The notes beneath the pieces were generated by a model. That model was not told the origin of the DNA, did not search any database, and was given only the letters and a program-made list of their open reading frames with translations. Both the position numbers and the translations under genes were made by a program. Shown here in pieces: positions 47,046-55,861 of a stretch of DNA of 64,000 bases. This stretch comes from Candidatus Pyrohabitans jungbluthii. Its GTDB lineage: Archaea > Hydrothermarchaeota > Hydrothermarchaeia > Hydrothermarchaeales > BMS3B. Where the stretch lies: the NCBI GenBank assembly GCA_002010065.2, contig MTMD02000008.1, forward strand, positions 320,001 to 384,000, in the 5' to 3' direction. Each line of letters starts with the position of its first letter. Position 1 is the first letter of the stretch.

Positions 47046-47950
47046 ACTATGCCCGACTCATCGAGCTGGTTTACAACCTCTGAGTAAAGGGTGGGGCTTA
47101 CATCCATTCCCTGAAGCTTGATTATGAAGAAGAGGGAGATGATGTGCTCTAGGATGGTGAGTTTTCGATTGCCTCTCGAAGCACGTGTACCGCCGAGGTC
47201 GCGGGAATACTTTATTATCTGGTCCCTAACCTCCTTGGTTATCCAGCCAACCTCCTCATAGAATAGCAATGTTTTTATCATGCCCTGGTAGCCCACCTTC
47301 TTTATAAGAAAGTCCAACCACTTGAAGAGGAGGAGCAGCGAGTTGGGGTCGTTGTTTATCCGCGTTAGCCTCACCACTGCACCATCTGGCTTTATATCCA
47401 CCATCCCCTTTTCCACCATGCGCTCCTCTAGCATCTGCCCTTCAGAAGTAGCCGACAGCACAGATTTCTTCTCCTTTTTCTCCAGCTCATTACCATTCCC
47501 GTTTTCAATCCCGTTGGAATACCCTATAAATGGATTTATCTCATTGGTCACAAGCTCATAAACAGAGAGCAGACCTTCCATATTTTTCTCAATCTTTGAT
47601 ATCCTTTCATCAAAACCGCTAACAAGGTTCTCAATCTTTGCCACTGTATCGCTTATCTCTGAAACCCTTTCCTCGAGCTGGGAAATAGCTTCCTGGGACA
47701 CAGAAGCGGCTGGGCTAAAGCTCTCCTCCGCCGGTGCCTCCCCGAAGGGCGGAGCATCACTTGCTTTATCTTCAGCCTCAGAAAAGAAGGGCGGGAGGTC
47801 CTCATCCTCTGCGTCTGTTTTCACCACCTCTCCAAAGGGCGGCACCTCTGATTTTTCCTCTTCCAGCGCCTTTTCGTTCAGTTCCCCAAGGTCGATCTTC
47901 TTATCCTTCAATCCGAGAACCAGCCCAACGCTAAGCAGTTCAAGCATCAA
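47042..47950 (-). CDS. ArlC/D/E fusion (archaellum switch complex)
   Basis: ArlC-like LSVYELVTNEINPF; ArlD/E-like KWLDFLIKKVG...FYEEVGWIT...EHIISLFFI. Confidence 0.88.
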   Translation of the reverse strand: MMLELLSVGLVLGLKDKKIDLGELNEKALEEEKSEVPPFGEVVKTDAEDEDLPPFFSEAEDKASDAPPFGEAPAEESFSPAASVSQEAISQLEERVSEISDTVAKIENLVSGFDERISKIEKNMEGLLSVYELVTNEINPFIGYSNGIENGNGNELEKKEKKSVLSATSEGQMLEERMVEKGMVDIKPDGAVVRLTRINNDPNSLLLLFKWLDFLIKKVGYQGMIKTLLFYEEVGWITKEVRDQIIKYSRDLGGTRASRGNRKLTILEHIISLFFIIKLQGMDVSPTLYSEVVNQLDESGIV

Positions 47951-48554
47951 TTTTTATCCCCTCTCTCCTCGTATTTACCTGGTTGACCGGTATATCACGC
48001 CTCATTCTGAGAAGTTCCACTTCTTTTCTGGCGGATCTCAACTCTCTCTCCAGCTCTTTTATCCTTCTTCTCAGGTTTCTTATGTTTATCTCCTTTATTA
48101 TTCCTAATCTGTACCATTTCTCGATTTCTTTTGCTGCCAAGGTGGGGTTTCTGAGATTCTGAACCTTCGATCTTTTAAACCACTCTTCGAGTTCCTTCAA
48201 ACTGTAGAGCAGCTCCAGGTCTTCACTGGGCAGGTTTATGCCGCGCACCTCCCCCAGCACAGGCTGCGATATCCTCTTTTTTACAGGTATGGGATCGCTC
48301 ACATTCATCCTGCCCTTCAGGAGAGCGCCGTAGGTTATCAGAGCAATGGCGGCGAAGGCTACGTAGAGAATAAACCAAGTCGCCAGGTTACCTTCCTTGT
48401 TTACCACAAGATTTACAGGTAGTAGCATTATAAGCATGCCCACTGTCGCTGTCAGTGACCAGTATAGACTCCACACCATCTTATTCTTCCTCTTTATATA
48501 ACTCTCAAGTTCATCCATCAGCACAGCATCTGGCGAGGTCTGGATTATATACAT
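47940..48554 (-). CDS. 2-TM plus coiled-coil hypothetical protein heading the arl operon
   Basis: Two TM helices and a C-terminal coiled coil; overlaps the arlCDE start. Confidence 0.75.
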   Translation of the reverse strand: MYIIQTSPDAVLMDELESYIKRKNKMVWSLYWSLTATVGMLIMLLPVNLVVNKEGNLATWFILYVAFAAIALITYGALLKGRMNVSDPIPVKKRISQPVLGEVRGINLPSEDLELLYSLKELEEWFKRSKVQNLRNPTLAAKEIEKWYRLGIIKEINIRNLRRRIKELERELRSARKEVELLRMRRDIPVNQVNTRREGIKIDA

Positions 48555-48606
48555 CCCCCCATGTATGTTATAATAACCCCATTTTTCTGTCTATTTAAAG
48601 GTTGTT

Positions 48607-48621
48607 TTTCGGAAAATGAAG
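48607..48621 (-). promoter_or_regulatory. palindromic box (minus strand CTTCATTTTCCGAAA)
   Basis: 7-bp spacer, then TTTAAAT; upstream of the arl operon. Confidence 0.65.
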
Positions 48622-48659
48622 CTGGAAGAAAAATAAGCCATATAGTTTTTCGAATCTTT

Positions 48660-48674
48660 TTACGTTTTTCGAAA
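48660..48674 (+). promoter_or_regulatory. degenerate box TTACGTTTTTCGAAA
   Basis: 7-bp spacer, then TATATC; upstream of the 48723 micro-ORF. Confidence 0.5.
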
Positions 48675-48722
48675 CTAAACCTATATCTACCTTAATTGAT
48701 AATTTTGAAGAAGGTGTTAAAA

Positions 48723-48869
48723 ATGTGGAGCTGTCCTGTTTGCGGATCAACGGAGTTTGTTCTAACGCCAAATGGGGGTAAAGTGCAGAAGGTACGCTGC
48801 GCTACATGCGAACGTACCTTTATACTTGAGGAGCTCCGCCTCCTTGACGGATACAGCAGAAACTGGTAG
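48723..48869 (+). CDS. 48-aa CPxCG zinc-finger microprotein (not in ORF track)
   Basis: MWSCPVCGSTEFVLTPNGGKVQKVRCATCERTFILEELRLLDGYSRNW; AGGTG SD. Confidence 0.75.
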   Translation: MWSCPVCGSTEFVLTPNGGKVQKVRCATCERTFILEELRLLDGYSRNW

Positions 48870-48870
48870 C

Positions 48871-49353
48871 TCACAGTTCTCTCACGCCTTCCCTCACGGT
48901 TCTTACCAAGAGCTTCCCGGAAGAGGTGTCAAATTCCAGGGTTCTCCCAACATTTCCACCGGTATCTTCAGCAACTATCCTTATATCTTCTTTTTCAAGG
49001 ATATTTTTTACAGCGATGACATTTTTTCTTCCTATATAGTCATTTTTTGGTGTAAAATAGAACATCTTCGCCCCACCTGCTATCTTTGCAACAATTCTGG
49101 ATTTTGATGCTCCGAGTTTCAGCATCTTCTCAATTGCCAGAGGAATAGCGGTGTCCACATACTTTGCTCTGTTCTCCACTGGTTGGAAATTCCTGCTGCT
49201 GGGCAGCATTATATGAGCTAAAGACCCAACCTTGGACGTGGAATCGAAAAGGGCGACGCCAACACAGGAACCCAACCCAATACTCACCAGCTTCGCTGGT
49301 TTGGTCGCGGCTTTAACGTCGGCGATGTCTACAACAATCACCGGCGGAGACAT
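48871..49353 (-). CDS. cheD: chemoreceptor glutamine deamidase CheD
   Basis: GLGSCVGV, HIMLP, AKIAGGAKMF, EDTGGNVGR. Confidence 0.96.
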   Translation of the reverse strand: MSPPVIVVDIADVKAATKPAKLVSIGLGSCVGVALFDSTSKVGSLAHIMLPSSRNFQPVENRAKYVDTAIPLAIEKMLKLGASKSRIVAKIAGGAKMFYFTPKNDYIGRKNVIAVKNILEKEDIRIVAEDTGGNVGRTLEFDTSSGKLLVRTVREGVREL

Positions 49354-49355
49354 GC

Positions 49356-49979
49356 TCAGGCACCCATCCCCACCTTCTCCCTGAGAAGGGCGATTATCCT
49401 GTCAAGAGACTCCGGATCAGGCATGAGAAAGATTTTCCCTGTTATCTGCTTCTGCTGGAACATGAACTTGGTTTTGAAAAGTATAACCTCATTCGCTTTT
49501 TGCGCCTGCTCGAGCATGATAAAGTCCAGAATGGCGACGCCCATATCAACTGCTAAAGCAGGAGGCGCGGGCATTATCTTCAATCCCAGAAAGTCTGCAA
49601 GTGCATTTGAGAAGTGAGAGGCCATTATGTTGCCCACCTCCTGTAAAACAGACACCTCCATATCGGAAAGCTCCTCCGATGCAGATGGCATACCTGTGAT
49701 CTGGGTCACGAGTTCCACCACCGAGGCTATATCAAGGAGAAGCATTATGACACCGCATATATCACCCTGAAGCTCCACATACACCCCAGCCACGAGGTCT
49801 TCTCCTCCCTCGCTGGCGAGCAGTTCTTCCACAGGCTTTATCTCAAGCGCCGGCACCTCTATGTCCACCTTAGTATTCGTCAGCTCAGCGAGGGAGTTTG
49901 TGGCGTGGCTAGCGCCAATGCTCCCCACCTCGCGCAACATATCCTTCTCAAGCTCGTTCAACATCACTTGCCCTACCAT
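49356..49979 (-). CDS. cheC: CheY-P phosphatase CheC
   Basis: DMLREVGSIG and SVLQEVGNIM repeats. Confidence 0.93.
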   Translation of the reverse strand: MVGQVMLNELEKDMLREVGSIGASHATNSLAELTNTKVDIEVPALEIKPVEELLASEGGEDLVAGVYVELQGDICGVIMLLLDIASVVELVTQITGMPSASEELSDMEVSVLQEVGNIMASHFSNALADFLGLKIMPAPPALAVDMGVAILDFIMLEQAQKANEVILFKTKFMFQQKQITGKIFLMPDPESLDRIIALLREKVGMGA

Positions 49980-51862
49980 TCTCCAACCCCCAGAGAAGCT
50001 ATGTCAAGAATTAGAGACACTCTGCCATCGCCCAATATGGTTGAGCCTGCAAACCCACGTACGTCCCTCAGCTTTCCATCCAGGCTCTTTATCACTATCT
50101 CCTGCTGTCCTATAAGCCCGTCAACCGCAAGGCCTATGAGGTTGCCTCCCTTCTCCACTATCACAACGGGACGATTATGCTTGCTGTTGGTTCCCGAAGA
50201 TTTTCCTAGAAGGGAGAGAAGGTCATACACCGGCAGAATCCTGCCCCTAAGCTGAATAACCTCCTGTCCCATTACAGTACTTATATCCTCCGCCTTCACA
50301 TTCAGAATCTCATTCACGTTGTTCAATGGAATGGCGTATATCTTCCCGCCAGCGGAGATGAGCAACGCCTTTGTTATCGCAAGCGTTAGAGGCAGCTTGA
50401 GCACAAACCGTGTGCCCTTATCCACCTCAGATTCAAGCTCAACGGTCCCACCGAGGGAGAGTATCTTGTTTCTCACCACGTCAAGCCCAACGCCTCTACC
50501 TGAGATGTCGGTTACCTTATCCGCAGAGCTGAAGCCAGGGGTAAATATAAGCATCTTTGCTTCGTCGTCGGACATCTTTGCTGCTTCACTTTCGCTTATT
50601 AACCCCTTCTCGACGGCGATTCTCTTTATTTTCTCTGGGTCGATTCCTCTGCCGTCGTCCTCGACGATTATCTCAACGTGGTCCTTAACCCTCCTTGCCT
50701 TAAGTAGTATCCTTCCCTTCTCATCCTTTCCCTTTCTAACCCTCTCCTCCGGTGCCTCTATGCCATGGTCTATGCAGTTCCTGAGGAGGTGTACCAGAGG
50801 GTCACCTATCTCATCTAGCACCGTCCTGTCAAGCTCTATGTCCTTACCCTCAATCACAAACTCAACAAGCTTTCCCTCCTTCTTGGCGAGATCTCTGACC
50901 ATCCTCGGGAACCTGTCAAAGACATACCTCACCTCCACCATTCGCATCTCCTGTACCTCTTCCTGTAGGCTTGTGGTGAGTTTGTCAATGTAGGCAAGAG
51001 TTTCGTTGAGTTCGTCAATCGCATACTTGTTTTTAATTTGGAAGAGCCGGCTCTTGCTTATCACAAGCTCCCCAACGAGGTTCATCAGAGAATCTAGGCG
51101 CTCTATTGACACGCGCACCGTTTGCACGCTCTTTATATCTCCCACTTTTTTAGCCTTGCCCTCTTTTGCAGGTGACGCTTCACCTGAGTAAATCTCTACC
51201 CTGCTCACCTCGCTCACTTTTTTAAGCCTTGCCCTTATTTCCTCCTCGCTTGCGTTGGTTTTCAGAAATATTGAGAAGCTGCGGTCGAAGTTGCCGTCCT
51301 CCAGCTTCTCCTCGTCGGGGATGCATTTTACAATCTCTCCCAGCTCCCTGAGTTCCCTGAAAGCCATGTAAACCCTTACCGACTTAAGGGTGCAGTCCTC
51401 GTCAAGCTGTATATCAATCCTTTTAATCCCCTCCTCCGGCAAGGAGACCTCTACTTTCCTCCCCGCTGCATCTTTATCACCTTTCCTTTTTATTTGAGTG
51501 AATTTGCTCAGCTTCTGGCTAACCTCCTGGGCGTCGATGTTCTCCTCATCGCTCTCTGAGAGGGAATCCAGCGCCGACTCAAGAATATCCACAGCCTCGA
51601 ACAGGACGTCTATAACCTCAGAGCTTATCTCCAGTTCTCCATTCCTAACTGCATCGAGAAGGTTTTCCATATCATGGGTTATCTGTGCCATGCCTTCGTA
51701 ACCCATCGTAGCGGACATACCCTTAAGGGTATGGGCTGCCCTGAATATCTCTGTGATAACCTCCTTATTGCCGGGATTCTTCTCCAGCTCCAGAAGCCCC
51801 TGAGTCAGAGAGTTGATGTGTTCCATCGACTCACTTATAAAGACGTCCTTATAGTTCTCCAT
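49973..51862 (-). CDS. cheA: chemotaxis histidine kinase CheA
   Basis: FRAAHTLKG, HLLRNCIDHGIE, DDGRG, SGRGVGLDVV; C-terminal CheW domain. Confidence 0.98.
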   Translation of the reverse strand: MENYKDVFISESMEHINSLTQGLLELEKNPGNKEVITEIFRAAHTLKGMSATMGYEGMAQITHDMENLLDAVRNGELEISSEVIDVLFEAVDILESALDSLSESDEENIDAQEVSQKLSKFTQIKRKGDKDAAGRKVEVSLPEEGIKRIDIQLDEDCTLKSVRVYMAFRELRELGEIVKCIPDEEKLEDGNFDRSFSIFLKTNASEEEIRARLKKVSEVSRVEIYSGEASPAKEGKAKKVGDIKSVQTVRVSIERLDSLMNLVGELVISKSRLFQIKNKYAIDELNETLAYIDKLTTSLQEEVQEMRMVEVRYVFDRFPRMVRDLAKKEGKLVEFVIEGKDIELDRTVLDEIGDPLVHLLRNCIDHGIEAPEERVRKGKDEKGRILLKARRVKDHVEIIVEDDGRGIDPEKIKRIAVEKGLISESEAAKMSDDEAKMLIFTPGFSSADKVTDISGRGVGLDVVRNKILSLGGTVELESEVDKGTRFVLKLPLTLAITKALLISAGGKIYAIPLNNVNEILNVKAEDISTVMGQEVIQLRGRILPVYDLLSLLGKSSGTNSKHNRPVVIVEKGGNLIGLAVDGLIGQQEIVIKSLDGKLRDVRGFAGSTILGDGRVSLILDIASLGVGEW

Positions 51863-51886
51863 GAACCCCTCCCCTTTGCCTCGAAG

Positions 51887-52243
51887 CTAGCAGAGCTTCT
51901 CAATTACCTCGAGCACCTTATTCTCCTTGAAGGGCTTCACAATGAAATCCCTTGCTCCAGCATCAAGCGCTTCCTTGACCATAGCCTCCTGTCCTAGGGC
52001 ACTTACCATTACTATCTTCGCCTCCGGGTCAATTGCCATAATCTGCCGCACCGCCTCTATTCCATTCACTTCCGGCATTATTATGTCCATTGTTACAACG
52101 TCTGGCTTGAGCTCCGTATATTTCTTCACGCCTTCTGCGCCGTTCTGGGCCTCCCCAACTATTTGATGCCCGTTTTTACCCAGAATGTTCTTCAGCATCA
52201 TTCTCATAAAGGCAGCATCGTCCACAATCAACACCTTTGCCAT
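51887..52243 (-). CDS. cheY: chemotaxis response regulator CheY
   Basis: IVDDAAFMRMML, MDIIMP, FIVKPF. Confidence 0.96.
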   Translation of the reverse strand: MAKVLIVDDAAFMRMMLKNILGKNGHQIVGEAQNGAEGVKKYTELKPDVVTMDIIMPEVNGIEAVRQIMAIDPEAKIVMVSALGQEAMVKEALDAGARDFIVKPFKENKVLEVIEKLC

Positions 52244-52247
52244 GTCC

Positions 52248-53447
52248 TCACCTCCTCCTGTTTACTGGAAGTATGACCTTGCACGTGCACCCTCTGTTGC
52301 GCCCCATGCTCTCAATCTTAATACTCCCCCCATGAAACTCTATTATCTTCCTAGCAAGCGTTAATCCAAGACCTATTCCGGGATACTTCCGTGATGTAGA
52401 GGAGTCCTCCTGGTAAAAGGGTTCAAAAATCCTCTCTAGGTTCTCCTCTGCTATACCTACGCCCGTGTCCTCCACCGCTATCTCCACCATCCCATTCCTT
52501 ACATGTGTGCTCACTCTGACCAAGCCCCCTCGCTTGTTAAACTTTATGGAGTTGTCAATTATTTGCTCAACCGCATAGATTAAATAGGCGGGGTCTACCT
52601 CCACCTTTGGCAGGTCTCGAAGCTCCATCTCAACTCTCACACCCCTCTGCATGGCAAAGGGAAGCTTTTCTTTTACAGCTTTCTGGACCAGAGTGGAGAT
52701 GTTCTCTCTCCTGAACATAAGTGTCATGACGCCGCGCCGGATCTTGGATAGCTCAAGCATCCCGTCTATTATCCGGTTCTCACGCATGAGGTTTCTCCTT
52801 GCCATTAGCAGGATTCTCTTCCTCTTCTCCGTATCCTCCTCTTCTAATGCCAGGTCGATGCACCCAAGGGAGATGGTGAGGGGAGTTTTCAGCTCATGGG
52901 AAACAATGGCGAGGATGTCACTGGTTACACCTTCAAGGTCTCTCAGCCTCCTGTTGACACTCAAAAGCCTAGAATACGATCTTTCAAGTTCCGACTTAAG
53001 CCTCCGTATTACCCCTGAAAAGTCGGCTATCGCCACTAGAACCCTTCTGACATTTCCTCCTGAATCTCTGATCGGATAAAAAGTAAACTGATACGGCCCC
53101 GGAATGCCAGTGCATGGTTGCTTATCAATTATGTTGAGAGGCTCACCTGAGGCAAAGGTCTGGAGAACCGGACAGGAATGCGCAGAGAATACGCAGTTGA
53201 ATATCACCCTGCAAGAGGAGCAAACCAGTTTGTCCATGGGCATGTGCACAAGCTTTGCGAACTCATCGTTGCATGAGCATACCCTCAGCCTGCTGTCTAT
53301 CTCAACTATAGCGATTCCTACTACCCCTCCCCTATCCACAAGGGCAGTCCTGAGTTTGGCGTTCTTGCGGCTATCTAAGGCTGCGTGTGCAGATACCCCA
53401 AAATACTTGGCAACTGAGGTGTAATCCCCCCTTCCCATGTCTATCAT
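52248..53447 (-). CDS. PAS-domain sensor histidine kinase (Cys-rich PAS)
   Basis: SHELKTPL, DNSIKF, DTGVG, GIGLGL; start uncertain (53447 or 53438). Confidence 0.92.
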   Translation of the reverse strand: MIDMGRGDYTSVAKYFGVSAHAALDSRKNAKLRTALVDRGGVVGIAIVEIDSRLRVCSCNDEFAKLVHMPMDKLVCSSCRVIFNCVFSAHSCPVLQTFASGEPLNIIDKQPCTGIPGPYQFTFYPIRDSGGNVRRVLVAIADFSGVIRRLKSELERSYSRLLSVNRRLRDLEGVTSDILAIVSHELKTPLTISLGCIDLALEEEDTEKRKRILLMARRNLMRENRIIDGMLELSKIRRGVMTLMFRRENISTLVQKAVKEKLPFAMQRGVRVEMELRDLPKVEVDPAYLIYAVEQIIDNSIKFNKRGGLVRVSTHVRNGMVEIAVEDTGVGIAEENLERIFEPFYQEDSSTSRKYPGIGLGLTLARKIIEFHGGSIKIESMGRNRGCTCKVILPVNRRR

Positions 53448-53490
53448 TCTCTCCAAATTTAAAGAGAGGTGAAGGTTAATAAAGGTTATT

Positions 53491-53505
53491 TTTCAGGACT
53501 CAAAA
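53491..53505 (-). promoter_or_regulatory. palindromic box (minus strand TTTTGAGTCCTGAAA)
   Basis: 7-bp spacer, then TTTATTA; upstream of the HK-cheYACD operon. Confidence 0.7.
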
Positions 53506-53539
53506 CAGAAAAAAGAAGAGAATGGAGATACCCCTCTGC

Positions 53540-53647
53540 TCACTGTGGCCCATGAGTCTGCTCTTCCAACTCATAGGTGATGCTCTGGCCTCTTGTGCTA
53601 TAATAGACGATCTTATCCCCCACTATCTCAAAGGCATCGTATCGCAT
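53540..53647 (-). CDS. 35-aa microprotein (not in ORF track)
   Basis: MRYDAFEIVGDKIVYYSTRGQSITYELEEQTHGPQ; GGGGGGT SD; own boxed promoter at 53697. Confidence 0.55.
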   Translation of the reverse strand: MRYDAFEIVGDKIVYYSTRGQSITYELEEQTHGPQ

Positions 53648-53696
53648 CCTCTTACCCCCCAACACTTGTTTTTCAGGTCTTTAAATAAAGTTTATT

Positions 53697-53711
53697 TTTC
53701 GGATCTTGAAC
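53697..53711 (-). promoter_or_regulatory. palindromic box (minus strand GTTCAAGATCCGAAA)
   Basis: 7-bp spacer, then TTTATTT. Confidence 0.65.
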
Positions 53712-53728
53712 AACGGGTATTATCACAG

Positions 53729-53743
53729 TTTCGGCTACCGAAA
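53729..53743 (+). promoter_or_regulatory. palindromic box TTTCGGCTACCGAAA
   Basis: 7-bp spacer, then TTAATATATA; upstream of the REC-HK pair. Confidence 0.72.
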
Positions 53744-53822
53744 AGTTAAGTTAATATATATAGTTTAAATATTCCTTAGTGATATATACTGTTGAAAAAT
53801 CCATAGTTCGGAGGATTAAAAT

Positions 53823-54245
53823 TTGAAAAAAATTTTAATTGTTGACGACGAAAAGGAGATAACCCATCTTGTGAAAAAGCTTCTGGAGCCTGAGGGTCTC
53901 GAAGTAATTACCGCAAACTCTGGAAAGGAAGCTCTGTCACTTCTCAAATCCTTTACTCCAGACTTTATATTTCTCGACCTTTTCATGCCCGAGATGTCGG
54001 GCTGGGATTTGCTGAAAGAGATAAGGAAGAAGCTGAAGGATGTGCCCGTGGCAATGCTCACTGTTCAGCCCCTTTACGAATCGATTGAGAGGGAAGAAGT
54101 TGAGGAGATAGTTGACTACATAACAAAGCCCTTTGACAAGGTGGATTTGATAGAAACTCTAAAGCAAATTCCCGACTTTTTTGCGGAGGGAGATAATGCT
54201 GGAGGGGGAGATTCCAAACAGGAAACTGGTGGAGAGGATAGTTGA
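53823..54245 (+). CDS. stand-alone response regulator receiver
   Basis: IVDDE, DLFMPEMSG, KPF; paralog of 43967-44335. Confidence 0.92.
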   Translation: MKKILIVDDEKEITHLVKKLLEPEGLEVITANSGKEALSLLKSFTPDFIFLDLFMPEMSGWDLLKEIRKKLKDVPVAMLTVQPLYESIEREEVEEIVDYITKPFDKVDLIETLKQIPDFFAEGDNAGGGDSKQETGGEDS

Positions 54246-55314
54246 GCTGTCAGCAGATGCGATGTTGCTCCTGGATTCCAGAGGTAAAGTGACGTATAGC
54301 ATATGCAGCCCTTCTTTCAATCTCTGCAGCGAGCTTATGGGAAAGCCTCTGCTTGAGCTCTGGTTGCCTGAACTCAGGCGTGAGGGAGAGAGAATTATCC
54401 ACGCGGCTATGCATGGAAGGATGCTCAGGGGCATAATCTCAGGGTGGAAATCAAGCGGCCATGAGCCAGTAGTGGTTAGCCTCTCCCTCGCACCACTGGA
54501 TGAGGAAAACCCTGAGAGTGGTGTGATTGTAATTGTAAGGGACATAACCAGAGAAGTGGAGGCAGAGAAGAGGGTTAGCAGATACATTCACGAATTGATG
54601 GAGTACGTTAAGCACGTGGAGAACTCGAACCAGCTTAAAGATACCTTCGCAGATATAATGCGGCATGACCTGCTTAATCCCCTCTCTGCAATTAAAAGTG
54701 TGGCTTCCACAGGCAATATTGGAAAGGAAGGCATAGAGCTTATAAAAAAGAGTGTGGAGAGGATAGAAAAAATAGTTTCCACCTTCTCCAAGTATGCCCT
54801 CCTGCATAGCCTTGAGGACCTTGACTTCCAGGAAGACAACCTCGCAAAGATGCTGGACGAGGTTGTGGATATGCTGGCACCTGTGGCAGAGGAGAAGGGG
54901 ATAAGCATTGTGAGAAACTACCCTGCTGAAATCAGGGCACGTTTCAGCCCTTTTCTTGAAGAGGCAGTCGCCAACCTGCTTTCAAATGCGATAAAGTTCA
55001 GCCCCCCTCGCGGAGAGGTAACCCTTGAGGTTCTCGTGGACAAGTTTTACTTAACAATAAGGGTAAAAGATCAGGGCATCGGCGTGCCTGACAGGTACAA
55101 GAAAAGTATATTTGAGCGCTTCGTGAGGGGTAAAAAGGAAGGCATTCAGGGCTCAGGGCTTGGTTTGGCGATTGTGAAGCGCATAGCAGAACTCCACTCC
55201 GGCGAGGTGTGGGTGGAAGATAACGTGGTGGAGTACCAGGATAACTCGGGCAGGGTGCATCAGAAGAAGCGGGGAAGTGTTTTTGTGCTCAGGATACCTC
55301 GAGGTGTGGGATAG
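54196..55314 (+). CDS. PAS-domain sensor histidine kinase
   Basis: RDIT, RHDLLNPL, NLLSNAIKF, DQGIG, GSGLGL. Confidence 0.92.
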   Translation: MLEGEIPNRKLVERIVELSADAMLLLDSRGKVTYSICSPSFNLCSELMGKPLLELWLPELRREGERIIHAAMHGRMLRGIISGWKSSGHEPVVVSLSLAPLDEENPESGVIVIVRDITREVEAEKRVSRYIHELMEYVKHVENSNQLKDTFADIMRHDLLNPLSAIKSVASTGNIGKEGIELIKKSVERIEKIVSTFSKYALLHSLEDLDFQEDNLAKMLDEVVDMLAPVAEEKGISIVRNYPAEIRARFSPFLEEAVANLLSNAIKFSPPRGEVTLEVLVDKFYLTIRVKDQGIGVPDRYKKSIFERFVRGKKEGIQGSGLGLAIVKRIAELHSGEVWVEDNVVEYQDNSGRVHQKKRGSVFVLRIPRGVG

Positions 55315-55690
55315 AAAAAAATAAGGTACGCTTCCCAACTTCTTTAATGCCTTCGACCACAGTCTTACCGTGCTGGTGAACTTTGACTCGACGATTATAA
55401 AGGTGTCGCTCCTCCGCAAGGCACAGTAGATTACTTCATCGGCTGAGCCTCAGTTGTGTGGTTTTGGCAACAGAACCGACCTTTACAACCTAAAATAGAG
55501 CGCTATCCCGGAGTTCAACTAGTTCAATAGGAGGGAAATATGGCTGCATATACCCCACATCACCATTTATAAAATTCTCCAGTAAGCAGGACTGGTGTGG
55601 TGGAATGAGGTGTAAAATTAATTAGGGATACTAAACTTGACATAACTTCGATACCCTTTTCAATGGTGAATGTTCACGATCTCGATCAGC

Positions 55691-55822
55691 CTAAGCTCCC
55701 ATAACTTTTATATATCTCCCCTTCCACAGCCTAGAATCCCATCCACAACTTGGACAGAAGCGACTCTTATCCTGGTTAAATGGTCTTTTACAACTTAAGC
55801 ACTTGTACAGTCTTTTTCCCAC
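55691..55822 (-). CDS. 43-aa CxxC...CPxCG zinc-finger microprotein (not in ORF track)
   Basis: MGKRLYKCLSCKRPFNQDKSRFCPSCGWDSRLWKGRYIKVMGA; GTG start with GAGGAGG SD. Confidence 0.72.
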   Translation of the reverse strand: MGKRLYKCLSCKRPFNQDKSRFCPSCGWDSRLWKGRYIKVMGA

Positions 55823-55861
55823 GGTCTATGCCTCCTCATCCCCCTACATCCCATTTTTATT

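Noticed and set aside
55315-55690. Unassigned intergenic DNA
   Set aside because: Only short ORFs without SD or motifs; no structure recognised
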